UHGV virus genome: UHGV-0175144
DNA length: 34,053 bases
From: a virus
Direction: 5' to 3' (one strand)
Part shown: positions 9,451 through 18,366 of the stretch, in pieces
Layout: the number at the start of each line of letters is the position of its first letter
Numbering within the stretch: position 1 is the first letter of the stretch
The notes under the pieces: generated by a model
What the model saw: the letters and a program-made list of their open reading frames with translations, nothing else
What the model was told of the DNA's origin: nothing
Databases searched by the model: none
Translations under genes and position numbers: made by a program

Positions 9451-9476
9451 AAAGCGGCCATCACAAGGATGGCCGC
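9451..9476 (-). terminator. Hairpin/terminator after the major tail protein gene
   Basis: Perfect 9-bp stem GCGGCCATC-N5-GATGGCCGC with a short TTT tract on the - strand. Confidence 0.55.
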
Positions 9477-9518
9477 AAGGAGAGGAAACGCTAGTCAAAA
9501 GATAGTTGCTTGTATGTC

Positions 9519-10034
9519 TTATCCACCAATGCCAGGAGCTACGGTAGCCGTAAACTTCTTGGTCTTGGGGTCATAGGTACCATACTCCCAGTCGCCGTTG
9601 AGCGACACCGTGCAAGAAAGCTTTGCAGGATCTCCTGCTTCTCCAGAGATAGGGGAGGGCGTCATAGTGGCAGTTGCGCGCTTGGCAATAAGCTTGTCTG
9701 CGGCGCACTTCACGCCAGTTGCAATGTCGCGGTCAAGCGTGCGCATATACATGCAAGGGACGTTAATATCATCCTCATGCTTTGCAATTGCCGCCTGAAC
9801 ATCACCAGGAAGAACCGCGTCAAGCTCAAACTCAATGGTAGTGGTTCGACCAGTGATGTACTTGGGCTGGTTCTTGCGGTCGAGATACTTAGGGGAGTAC
9901 TCGTTGTTGTCGGTCTTCATCTCCGCCTTGGTAGTTTCGGTTACACGCAGCATGTCGCCAAGCGTATCTGCGGTGTAAAAACCGAGGTAATGTTGCAGCT
10001 CATAAATGCCCATGAGCTCGCGTTCTTTAGCCAT
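9519..10034 (-). CDS. Major tail (tube) protein
   Basis: 171 aa, position after the head-tail joining genes, C-terminal GTYDPKTKKF. Confidence 0.7.
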   Translation of the reverse strand: MAKERELMGIYELQHYLGFYTADTLGDMLRVTETTKAEMKTDNNEYSPKYLDRKNQPKYITGRTTTIEFELDAVLPGDVQAAIAKHEDDINVPCMYMRTLDRDIATGVKCAADKLIAKRATATMTPSPISGEAGDPAKLSCTVSLNGDWEYGTYDPKTKKFTATVAPGIGG

Positions 10035-10035
10035 G

Positions 10036-10443
10036 TCAAGTCCTTTCGATATAAGTGAGAATTGCGATTAGTTGATAAACTTCGCTGCCGTCTTCATAAG
10101 ACGAGAGTTTGTTAGGACGTGCCGTTACTTCGTGGCCATACCACGCAACACCTTGGGGATGCACAGGGCAGACTCCACGGTCAATGGCATCTGCTATCTT
10201 GTTTAGCTCCGCCAAAGCGTCAATACGTCCGCGCTCGTCTTCTGGGCGGCATTTGATGTATAGCTCATAGCCATACTGGTAGATTCCTCCACCACTTAAA
10301 TACTTGCGCAGTATCGCTTGAGTAGGCGCTGGCTGGAGCTGTGCCGATACTCCTAGGATTGTTGAAAACTCTCCCAGTGAAACGCTGATTGGATCTAGTA
10401 GCTGCTCTGCCCATTCAAGTACACATGGAGTTAAGTCAGTCAC
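10036..10443 (-). CDS. Tail completion/terminator-type protein
   Basis: Synteny; RKYLSGG...Y.Y and YQL motifs. Confidence 0.55.
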   Translation of the reverse strand: MTDLTPCVLEWAEQLLDPISVSLGEFSTILGVSAQLQPAPTQAILRKYLSGGGIYQYGYELYIKCRPEDERGRIDALAELNKIADAIDRGVCPVHPQGVAWYGHEVTARPNKLSSYEDGSEVYQLIAILTYIERT

Positions 10444-10805
10444 TATCCCATCATCTCCTTAGCTTTTTGGGCAAAAATCTTTCCCCAGGCGTCCTTTCGT
10501 ACAGCACGCGTTTTTTCGAACCAGTGGTCAGTGCCTTGTTTGGGATGCGTAAGACCCTTGGTGTAGTACTGATAGCGTGCGTATTTGGCGGTATCATCGT
10601 CAGTGCCCCACATGATTTCGCAGTCGGTTTGCCCTGGCTTGGTTTTGCCGCTGCCGATAAGGTCACCGTTCAAATAAGGGATGTTAGGCTTACAGTCGCT
10701 TAAGGCGTTTTCTGCCGTCACAAAGCATGCTGCTTGTAAGGCATTGTCGCCCCTGCGCTCAAGCTCTTTGATGCTCACACCACCAAATTGATGCACTACC
10801 CTCAT
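10443..10805 (-). CDS. Neck/minor capsid protein (Minor_capsid_2-like)
   Basis: IPYLNGDL..SG, YARYQYY, HWFEK motifs; start reassigned to ATG 10805 (ATGA overlap, GGAGG RBS). Confidence 0.7.
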   Translation of the reverse strand: MRVVHQFGGVSIKELERRGDNALQAACFVTAENALSDCKPNIPYLNGDLIGSGKTKPGQTDCEIMWGTDDDTAKYARYQYYTKGLTHPKQGTDHWFEKTRAVRKDAWGKIFAQKAKEMMG

Positions 10806-11119
10806 GCGCTCACCTCCATGTGGTGAAAATGCCCGCCATCGGCCCATACAGCTACCGTGGATACGCGTATAGAGGTGTGTGGAGGGGTTTCTGAGTCGTC
10901 CACGCCAAGCACTATACGATCTCCTGCGGCTATATCTAGCCGCCTGAATAAATACGCCTTCATGGAGGTTTGCGCTACGGGGCCAACGCCTGACGGGATA
11001 TAGCCGACCGCCCAATCAATGCGGCATCCAGAAACGATGCCACGAGTCCACTGCGCCTGCTTAGGCGTGCCCGTATTGTGCCAAACGGTGATTGTGTCAG
11101 ATGCGATAGCCATGAGCAT
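10802..11119 (-). CDS. Head closure protein
   Basis: DTITVW...GDRIVLG...HHMEV; start reassigned to ATG 11119 (TAATG overlap). Confidence 0.6.
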   Translation of the reverse strand: MLMAIASDTITVWHNTGTPKQAQWTRGIVSGCRIDWAVGYIPSGVGPVAQTSMKAYLFRRLDIAAGDRIVLGVDDSETPPHTSIRVSTVAVWADGGHFHHMEVSA

Positions 11120-11451
11120 TACGCCAATCCGCAGTACAAAAGACCTGTGCCATACAGCCAAGGCGTTACAGCGTCTACATCGCCCTGGTTTGCCTTGGCT
11201 TCTGTGTAGACCTTGGTGGTACCACCGATGGTCTCCTGCTTGATGCCTTCTTCTGCGTATCCAGCACCTGCCACACGCTCGCATAGCTCGGATAAGGCGG
11301 CCAACCAATCTAGCTCCCAGATGCTGGGGATGTCTTTTCCAGTAATAGCAACAAGGCGCGCACGCGCTGCAGGAAGGGCGGCTTTAAACTCGTCCTCCTG
11401 CAGCTTGTTGTGCGTCTGACGATAAATCTCGTATGTCAGAGTAGGGGTCAC
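11119..11451 (-). CDS. Head-tail connector/adaptor protein
   Basis: Follows the capsid gene; TYE.Y, ETIGG...Y, WLYGTGLLY.G motifs; AAGGAG RBS with GTG start. Confidence 0.75.
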   Translation of the reverse strand: MTPTLTYEIYRQTHNKLQEDEFKAALPAARARLVAITGKDIPSIWELDWLAALSELCERVAGAGYAEEGIKQETIGGTTKVYTEAKANQGDVDAVTPWLYGTGLLYCGLA

Positions 11452-11462
11452 CTAGATACTCC

Positions 11463-12272
11463 TTAGGCGTGCTTGTTTACGTAGATACCGGCCTTCTTGT
11501 TCTTCTTGACAATGGAGCCGAATACCCAGCGGAATTGAGACAGCCAGCAGTCACCATTAACATGAGTGCCAGGGGCGAACAAATAAGCCACGGCGCGCTT
11601 GACGATATAGCGGATAGTGTTCTTACCGCCAGAAATGACAATGAAGTCCACGTTTTCGCCCAAAAGCGCCTGAGGAACCTCAAAGATGGTAAAGCCATCG
11701 TAAGAGCCGACAGTATCAATGATGTTCGTCTCATTGCTGAATTGGCGGTCTACAGCATCCTCAAGAGCAGCTAAGGCAGTAGAAGACATGTACAGGTCGC
11801 CACCAGAAAGACCGACTTCGGTAAACTGCGTGCGTGCCTTGCGAATCTCTGCCTTGATGTTGTCCTTGGTGATAGCTTCGGAGCCTGTGGTCTTAGCCTT
11901 AGCAGCAGCGGTCTTGAAGAAGTCCTTATCTACAGCGGGCAAGAAAATGGTGCGCTGATACTCAGATGCTGCCTTTGTAGAAAGGATTGCAGCGGTATCG
12001 ATGTCTTGCACGGCGTCAATGTCAAAGGATGCCTGCTTGTCGTGCTCAAGCGTGTAAGGCGTATAAGACAAAGTGACATCGTTTTTGGTCTTGAAACCGT
12101 CGTAATCATTTACGGTATCAGACGCAAACGTAATGTCAGGCACGTTTACGGTCTTGGCATTTACGAACTCTGCGCCAGGGTCGCTATAGCGAGCAGCATA
12201 GGACGATGTGACTAGCACCTCGTCGAGAGCCTTGGTAAATACCTCGGGAAACTTGCTAATTGTGTTAGGCAT
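11463..12272 (-). CDS. Major capsid protein
   Basis: 269 aa after the scaffold gene; AKTVNVP, YTLEHDK..SF.ID, KKAGIY motifs. Confidence 0.85.
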   Translation of the reverse strand: MPNTISKFPEVFTKALDEVLVTSSYAARYSDPGAEFVNAKTVNVPDITFASDTVNDYDGFKTKNDVTLSYTPYTLEHDKQASFDIDAVQDIDTAAILSTKAASEYQRTIFLPAVDKDFFKTAAAKAKTTGSEAITKDNIKAEIRKARTQFTEVGLSGGDLYMSSTALAALEDAVDRQFSNETNIIDTVGSYDGFTIFEVPQALLGENVDFIVISGGKNTIRYIVKRAVAYLFAPGTHVNGDCWLSQFRWVFGSIVKKNKKAGIYVNKHA

Positions 12273-12285
12273 AAATGCTCCTTAC

Positions 12286-12834
12286 TTAGTGTTTTGGTGG
12301 GGTAAGTCCTGCAGCTTCGTATGCAGCCTTTTCAAGCTTCGCTGCAGAACTGGGCGTACCTGCAGAAGAGCCACCAGTACTTACGCTTTTAGGCTGGTTG
12401 AACAGATAAGGCTTTTCTGCCTTAAGCTTTTCAATATCGCCATCGAATGCTTTAAGCGCTACACGACCAAGCTCTGTGTCAACACAACCAGCAGCGCTAA
12501 GAGCTGCATTGGCTTTCTCAGTTGCGAGACTGTCCTTAAGCTCTGCAAGCTCGCTTTGCAGCTTGTCTACATCAGATGCAGACTTGCCGCTCTGCTCAAG
12601 CTGTGCCTTAAGCTCTGCAATAGTCTTGTCGCGGTTGGCAATATCGCGCTCGTACTTGTGGTAATTAACCGTCTGCTCGCCATTGGACGCACCCTTGGGG
12701 TCTTGGGGCTGTGTGCCCTCGCCTATAGGGGTCTGTGCGGATGCAGTTTGCGCCTGTGGGTCTTGGGGCTGTGTGCCCTCGCCAGCCTTGGGGTCTTGGG
12801 GAGTTGCTACTCCCTCGCCATTAGCATTAGGCAT
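12286..12834 (-). CDS. Capsid scaffolding protein (GP20-like)
   Basis: Disordered N-terminus, coiled coil, LKAEKPYLF motif; start reassigned to ATG 12834. Confidence 0.8.
   Translation of the reverse strand: MPNANGEGVATPQDPKAGEGTQPQDPQAQTASAQTPIGEGTQPQDPKGASNGEQTVNYHKYERDIANRDKTIAELKAQLEQSGKSASDVDKLQSELAELKDSLATEKANAALSAAGCVDTELGRVALKAFDGDIEKLKAEKPYLFNQPKSVSTGGSSAGTPSSAAKLEKAAYEAAGLTPPKH
12698..12783. repeat. 26-bp direct repeat (60-bp period) encoding GEGTQPQDP in the scaffold N-terminus
   Basis: GGGTCTTGGGGCTGTGTGCCCTCGCC at 12698-12723 and 12758-12783; partial third copy near 12790. Confidence 0.9.
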
Positions 12835-12884
12835 GTTTATTTTCCCTTCTTCGTGATTTTTGGCAGGTTGCCTTGTCACAAAGA

Positions 12885-12904
12885 AGTTTCAATGTGGGGT
12901 AACG
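12885..12904 (-). promoter_or_regulatory. Putative late promoter motif, copy B (scaffold-capsid operon)
   Basis: CGTTACC-CCACATT-GAAACT just downstream of the terminator at 12909-12936. Confidence 0.55.
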
Positions 12905-12908
12905 GCAT

Positions 12909-12936
12909 AAAAATACCCTCCCATGTAGGGAGGGTA
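12909..12936 (-). terminator. Intrinsic terminator after the toxin-immunity cassette
   Basis: Perfect 9-bp stem TACCCTCCC-ATGTA-GGGAGGGTA followed by TTTTT on the - strand. Confidence 0.8.
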
Positions 12937-12943
12937 AGAGACA

Positions 12944-13369
12944 CTAAGTAGCAGATAGGAAAGCGTAGGCTTTTTTGTACTTTTTTGCGCGCTTTAAATC
13001 TGCTTGCGTAATCTTTGGAAGCCTGCTTAGATCCATGTTATCGCGCAAGTCAGCCATTTTTACAGTTCTTGCATCTACATCACAAGCGATTTTCTTAACG
13101 TAATCCATATAGGAAACGCCGCACTTATGAGTGAGTAGACAGACAATATCAACTATACGTTTGCTGACACCTTGGGAAAGTAAGGCATCTGCAGTAATCG
13201 AGGTATCTTCAATAACATCATGAAGTAGTGCTGCTGCCCTTTGGGTGTCAGTTACGCAGTTAGCAGCCACACGTTTAGGATGCTCAATATATGGCTTGCC
13301 AGCTTTATCGAATTGTCCTGCGTGAGCCTTAGTAGCTATAGATAGGCTCAGTTCGATTTGCGATTGCAT
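12944..13369 (-). CDS. HD-domain small alarmone hydrolase (Mesh1/SAH, Aph1-like)
   Basis: AHAGQ.DKAGKPYIEHP, AALLHDVIEDT, VKMADLRDNM motifs; start reassigned to ATG 13369 (GAGG RBS). Confidence 0.88.
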   Translation of the reverse strand: MQSQIELSLSIATKAHAGQFDKAGKPYIEHPKRVAANCVTDTQRAAALLHDVIEDTSITADALLSQGVSKRIVDIVCLLTHKCGVSYMDYVKKIACDVDARTVKMADLRDNMDLSRLPKITQADLKRAKKYKKAYAFLSAT

Positions 13370-13538
13370 CTTTAATTTCCTCTTCGGTAGCCTCGTCATA
13401 CCAGTCATGACATAAGACAATGTCTTTATACAGGTCTTGGGCAGGGACCCATGTCTTGTTTACCCAGTCATAACGGTAAATGAGACTATCAATTTTCTTT
13501 GCAAGAATAAGTTTATTCTCACTTATATAGTATTTCAT
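13329..13538 (-). CDS. Putative cognate immunity protein (69 aa)
   Basis: ATGA overlap with the toxin gene stop; AT-rich; lies between synthetase toxin and HD hydrolase. Confidence 0.65.
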   Translation of the reverse strand: MKYYISENKLILAKKIDSLIYRYDWVNKTWVPAQDLYKDIVLCHDWYDEATEEEIKDAIANRTEPIYSY

Positions 13539-15280
13539 TTTTTAACCTCATCTATTTTAGGAGGTGCAGAAATGGTTTGTGAGTTTACTATCATTTGGCG
13601 CTCTAATTCGTCACTCTGGTTCTTGCCATCTAGAGTTGATAAGTCAAGAATGCGTGCCTGTTCATATAATACATGATTCTTTTCTTTTATTTCTAGACTT
13701 TGTGGAGTGTGGAATTGGATTTCAAATGTATATCCATCAGGAGTCTTTACCTGTGTGTTTACACCTCGATAGACTGCAGATTCATCTTTCAAGGTATTCT
13801 TAACTTTGGTAAATATATACCCCTTCTTTTCAAGAGCATTGCGAACCTCTTTAAAATCGGCAACAAAATGATTGATGTCAGATTCGAATGTATACCTTAA
13901 AACATCATTTATACTTGTCTTCGTATTAAGTTTTACATCTTCTTCTTTGGCGTTTGATATAATTTTACGAGTTAAGCTAGTTTGGCTCTTGAGTCTCTGC
14001 CCAAATCCAGCAAGTTTTCGCGTTTTTGTCTGCAAAGATTTAAGAGTTTTTGTAACTGCTGGTTCCGCTAATTGAGCTTTTATAAATAATTTTTCCGCAC
14101 GCGCTTTTGCCACTTCTGTAATGGAGTTAGCTGATACTGCCTCTGTATTCTTAAAATCAATCCGCCCAAGTCCTTTAGGCTGTCTCTTTACGCCATAAGC
14201 GCGCTCACGCTCATACAGGCGTGTAAGACCGTTCGCACGGCAATGCTCACGTAGCAGCGCTTGAGTACGCCCTAGCTTATAGCGGTCATCCACCATATCT
14301 AAGCCTTGTTCTTGGCCAAGAGCTATGCGGCGCTTGTATTTGCGTACCTTGCGCTCTAATGCGCGCTGTTTCTGGGTGGCCCTGTAGTACTCATCGCTGG
14401 TCATGCCATAGCGTTTCTGTTCTTTCTCAAAGCTTAAGTCGGGCAGCTGGGACAGCCCCGGCATATATGGCACCATCTCATGTTGGCAGTTAACACCACA
14501 CAGACGGTCTCCAAGAGACCCAAACGGACCTGTGCCAGAATATCCCGTGCCTTCATCTAGACTGGGGTATTTAGAGCTCGTTCCACTGCGTGAATACACC
14601 TTGCCCTGCCATATGGCATGCGAAGGACGTGCTCCAAAATGCGCGGAAACGAATACCAAGTCTTGGTCGTATTCGTCGCACTTGTCACTTAGAATCTGCG
14701 CTTTTGCCTGGGACACTTGAGAGACAATGTGACGGCGCACAGCAGCGTCAATAGTTGTCTTCACGCCGCTTTTGTAATCGACAGTCTCAATGCCTGCGTC
14801 TGACAAAGCGCGCACAGCATCTTCCATGATTGCGCGGCGTGAATCGCCCAGCTCTTTGCGCACAACAGCGTTTGCGGCAATCGCATACCATGTGGTGGCC
14901 ATGGTGTTTGCCAAAGCGATATTTTGGCGGCTTACAATCTCACCAATACCACGTGCAGCCTGCGCAAACTCCAGCGCACCTTGCTTGGTGAGTTGACGCT
15001 TTGTGTGCAGCTTCTCTAGCGTCTGTTCGACCTCTGCTTCGTAGCCTTCCACAGCGCTTATAAACGCTTCACGCGTTTCTTTGCTAATACGCCCCTTGTA
15101 CTTAACAAAGATGGCCATAGCGTCGCTCTTGGCGCGGGCAGCGAGCGTAGAGAGCATGTCTGGATTATCTACGCCAGACAAAAGATATTGCGTCAGACGC
15201 GAGCTCATCTTCTCGACGTAATCCTCAAGCGCGCCATGTACGACGTCCTCAATAAACGCATCAAGGTTCTTATCAACCAT
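13535..15280 (-). CDS. MuF-type minor capsid protein (Phage_min_cap2-like) with C-terminal RelA/SpoT-like alarmone synthetase toxin domain
   Basis: After the portal gene; VSAHFGARPSHAIWQGKVYS, LCGVNCQH, QRALERKVR motifs; C-terminus RLKSQTSLTRKI / DVLRY / YRGVNT / FEIQFHT. Confidence 0.9.
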   Translation of the reverse strand: MVDKNLDAFIEDVVHGALEDYVEKMSSRLTQYLLSGVDNPDMLSTLAARAKSDAMAIFVKYKGRISKETREAFISAVEGYEAEVEQTLEKLHTKRQLTKQGALEFAQAARGIGEIVSRQNIALANTMATTWYAIAANAVVRKELGDSRRAIMEDAVRALSDAGIETVDYKSGVKTTIDAAVRRHIVSQVSQAKAQILSDKCDEYDQDLVFVSAHFGARPSHAIWQGKVYSRSGTSSKYPSLDEGTGYSGTGPFGSLGDRLCGVNCQHEMVPYMPGLSQLPDLSFEKEQKRYGMTSDEYYRATQKQRALERKVRKYKRRIALGQEQGLDMVDDRYKLGRTQALLREHCRANGLTRLYERERAYGVKRQPKGLGRIDFKNTEAVSANSITEVAKARAEKLFIKAQLAEPAVTKTLKSLQTKTRKLAGFGQRLKSQTSLTRKIISNAKEEDVKLNTKTSINDVLRYTFESDINHFVADFKEVRNALEKKGYIFTKVKNTLKDESAVYRGVNTQVKTPDGYTFEIQFHTPQSLEIKEKNHVLYEQARILDLSTLDGKNQSDELERQMIVNSQTISAPPKIDEVKK

Positions 15281-16677
15281 TAGGCTTCCTCAGGCAACCC
15301 TGACGTAGCACTGACAAGTGCGCGTGCTTCGTCCTCACTCATACCGTAAAAACGCATGGGATACAGCCAAGCGGGCGCGAGATTGCGTGCGATATCGTCT
15401 TTCATCTGAGCGCGTTCTGTGGCGGTGTCCTCCACGATTGAGTCGTCCCATGTAATATCTACGTCAACAGATGCAGGAACGACGCCGCACAAAGCACATT
15501 CGGACGCATAGGCACCGGCAAACAGGCGTTTTAGCGCTTTGCCTACTTGCTGCTCATGTTTGCGGACATTACGGAATAGCTGAGAGTTGTCGCTTGACAC
15601 CTCGGTAGCAGTGCGCAGACCAGACTGACGCGAATAGCTAAAGTAATTGGGACCAAAGCCGCACTTAAAGCTCATGAGTGACAGTGCGGAGTTAATGGAC
15701 GCATCAGTGGCATCTGCCTGCAGGTCAGGCGCATACACCGTAATCGGGGTTTGGCCACTCACACCTGTGGTCTTTACTGGTCTAAACATGCGCTGGTCAA
15801 GGGTGGAGGACAGTTCAACTTCTCCGGTTTGTACATTACGCTTAACCGCGGTTTCGTCCACCATCACACGTGGCTGGCACAAACGCAACATCCAATAGCT
15901 GCGGTCGAATGCTTCATCCACACATTTGATGGTGTCGATGCCGTCGTTAAAAACGCTGACGCCAAGGGGAGATGCGTCAACATATGTATTGGCAATAGCT
16001 GGGCGCACCAAGGCGTACGTAGGCAACGCAGAGCGCGTATCAAGGTCAGGCGTCACCGATTCGCATTCCACGGGCACGTTGTGGTTCTTCGGGTCGAACA
16101 ACCATGTACGCACATGGTAGGTGCCTTCCACAGGCTCGTGTACCTGCAGACGGTCAAGCATACGTCCATCTACCAACACACAGTCGGTAAACGCGCACGA
16201 AACAGAGTTTGCACCATCGGACAGAAGCGGAATGATATTTCCTGCATCATGAAAAGCAATAGACGCCTTCGTAGATCCTTCTGTGCCCTCGTAATTGCAG
16301 CTCCACGCGCCAGTGCCCAGTGCAAATGCAAGAGCAAGGTTATCTGCTTGCTCACCGACGAAATCGCCAAAGCGCTCCTCCAGCCATGCGTTTAATGCTG
16401 CGTCCTCGGCGCTAATCTGGGTCTTCTCATCCATGACAAGCGTTGCCCATTCTTCGGCAACTGCACGTGCGGGGCGCAAACTCAAGTGCTTGTTTGGCGC
16501 GTCGCGCTTAACAAACGTCTGTCCTGCTGTAGGGTCATAGAAGCTGTTTTCAGCCTGGTACCAACCCCACCAATTGGTGATGAACTCATCCATTGTGTTG
16601 TTGCATACATAGCCGTTGTGGCGCAAAAACTCAGTTGCCCATCCAGGGACGCCGTTAATTTGCTTGAGAGCTGCCAA
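15280..16677 (-). CDS. Portal protein (SPP1/A118 type)
   Basis: SPLGVSVF, TATEVSS, ITWDDSI, YGMSEDEA motifs; TTG start with AGGAGG RBS. Confidence 0.9.
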   Translation of the reverse strand: MAALKQINGVPGWATEFLRHNGYVCNNTMDEFITNWWGWYQAENSFYDPTAGQTFVKRDAPNKHLSLRPARAVAEEWATLVMDEKTQISAEDAALNAWLEERFGDFVGEQADNLALAFALGTGAWSCNYEGTEGSTKASIAFHDAGNIIPLLSDGANSVSCAFTDCVLVDGRMLDRLQVHEPVEGTYHVRTWLFDPKNHNVPVECESVTPDLDTRSALPTYALVRPAIANTYVDASPLGVSVFNDGIDTIKCVDEAFDRSYWMLRLCQPRVMVDETAVKRNVQTGEVELSSTLDQRMFRPVKTTGVSGQTPITVYAPDLQADATDASINSALSLMSFKCGFGPNYFSYSRQSGLRTATEVSSDNSQLFRNVRKHEQQVGKALKRLFAGAYASECALCGVVPASVDVDITWDDSIVEDTATERAQMKDDIARNLAPAWLYPMRFYGMSEDEARALVSATSGLPEEA

Positions 16678-16686
16678 TGTGTCCTC

Positions 16687-18366
16687 CTAAATCATTTGCC
16701 TGTCATCGATGAGAGTCGAGCACGCATAACGCAAAGCGTCGATTGCGTGGTTATCCTTATCCGGCAAAAGACCTGTTATCTCGCCGTCTTTGGTCATTTC
16801 ATATTGGTACGCAGGAATTTCTGCCGCAGCCAGAGTGCATGCGGGGTCAATGACAATCTTTGTGCGCTCTTGCAACCAGCGGATGGAGTTTCTAACGTTA
16901 TGCGCGCCTTGTTTAGGCGCAGCCAAAGCTTCAATGCCCTCTTCGCGCCACGACGCGATGCTTTTAGGCTCTGCACCATCGCACATTACATATGCGAATG
17001 GTTCTGCGTCTTCTACAATCTTGTCATCATCGTCTAAAAGCTCTGCTCCCATACGCTCTGTGACCATGCCCGCGGTCTGCTCATTCGAAAGCCCCTTGCC
17101 GCTCATCTCGTCCAGGATGTAAAGCGTGCGCTTCTTCGCGTCATAGCCAACCTTGAGCCACACCCACGGGTCTTGGCTAAATCCCCAGTCAACGCCGTAA
17201 TAGTGATGCTCAAGCTCACGGCGCTCGTCGAACGTAATTGGGCGTACCTCGCATCTGCTGAATACTTCAGCGCCAAAACCTACAGGCTCGCCCATGTATT
17301 CATGCAGATACGATTCTTCATCAACTGCTTTAAGCGCTTCTGCATCCTCGTAGATTTGTGCTGGTACCCACTCGGGCGGGACATCGTTGTAATTGGCCTT
17401 GTAAACAGGTGTGCCACCTGCGATAAGTTCTTCAATCTTTTTGTTTGCCCAGCTAGAGCGCGTACGTGGGGGATTAAACGAGTGAAAGCGGAAATACACA
17501 GCATCTGGTCCAGCATCACGTGTAACAGACTGGTAAATGGTGCGAATCTCACTCATGCCAGCGAACTGGTCGGCTTCTTCTATCCACGTATAAGCAAAGT
17601 ACGTACTATCAGGTGCTTTAACGGACTTCGTTTTTTCCGTATTGTCGCCACCACGAAAGATAATTACCTGTCCTGTTGCCTTATTGCGCATGCGCAAAGG
17701 AGACACCGTACAGTCCCACACATCCTCTACGCCGTGCTTGCGCAACGCCCACAGCATCTGCTCATAAACGCCTTCGCGAATATCTGCCTTGCGCTTGACT
17801 GCAACAAATGCACTTCGCTCGGAATGCTTCATTAAGCCATCTACGATTTCAAGCGAGATGCACGAGCTTTTGGTGGACGCACGCCCGCCGTAAAACCAAA
17901 ACTCGCCGCCCTTATCCTGCGCAATTACACGATGTGCCGCAAAGAATGGTTCGGCAATCAGCACGCCAAAATCGCGCACATAGGCGTCTTGTTCGTCTGG
18001 CGCCTCATCGGGCAAAGCGTCTAACAGCGTCTTACCCAGAGCTGCCACACCCTGGATAGCATCGCGGCTTATGCCTTCATGCTTGATTACCTTGCGCGAT
18101 TCCTGAAACGTTTCTGACATACCTGCCAAGACGTCGCTTTTGCTGATAATCGCTTCTTTTGCTATTTGTTTTTTCAGATATAGGATTCTCGCCTGTACAT
18201 CGCCAAGCTTTTCCAACGCGTAGGCTTTGTTGTCAACGGAAGCAGGTTTCCAATTTCTGCGCGATGGATATACTTCATACATTGCCTGCTGGCGCGTCTT
18301 TCCAGCAGCGCGTAAAAGGCAGTACTTTTCGTATCTATCGTTTTTCAGCGGGTCCTTGCCTAGCAT
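16687..18366 (-). CDS. terL: Terminase large subunit (PBSX type) with N-terminal small-terminase-like domain
   Basis: Walker A GGRASTKSS, Walker B WIEEADQ, SFNPP, nuclease GVDWG and DNHAIDALRY; ~120-aa TerS-like N-terminal extension. Confidence 0.92.
   Translation of the reverse strand: MLGKDPLKNDRYEKYCLLRAAGKTRQQAMYEVYPSRRNWKPASVDNKAYALEKLGDVQARILYLKKQIAKEAIISKSDVLAGMSETFQESRKVIKHEGISRDAIQGVAALGKTLLDALPDEAPDEQDAYVRDFGVLIAEPFFAAHRVIAQDKGGEFWFYGGRASTKSSCISLEIVDGLMKHSERSAFVAVKRKADIREGVYEQMLWALRKHGVEDVWDCTVSPLRMRNKATGQVIIFRGGDNTEKTKSVKAPDSTYFAYTWIEEADQFAGMSEIRTIYQSVTRDAGPDAVYFRFHSFNPPRTRSSWANKKIEELIAGGTPVYKANYNDVPPEWVPAQIYEDAEALKAVDEESYLHEYMGEPVGFGAEVFSRCEVRPITFDERRELEHHYYGVDWGFSQDPWVWLKVGYDAKKRTLYILDEMSGKGLSNEQTAGMVTERMGAELLDDDDKIVEDAEPFAYVMCDGAEPKSIASWREEGIEALAAPKQGAHNVRNSIRWLQERTKIVIDPACTLAAAEIPAYQYEMTKDGEITGLLPDKDNHAIDALRYACSTLIDDRQMI

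Noticed and set aside
10806..11308. Long N-terminal extensions in ORF-track calls 10443-11015 and 10802-11308
   Set aside because: They overlap upstream genes extensively; coupled internal starts at 10805 and 11119 fit better.
12693..12801. CRISPR-like repeat-spacer pattern (26-bp repeat, 34-bp gap)
   Set aside because: Only two full copies, in frame within the scaffold gene encoding a peptide repeat, and no cas genes.
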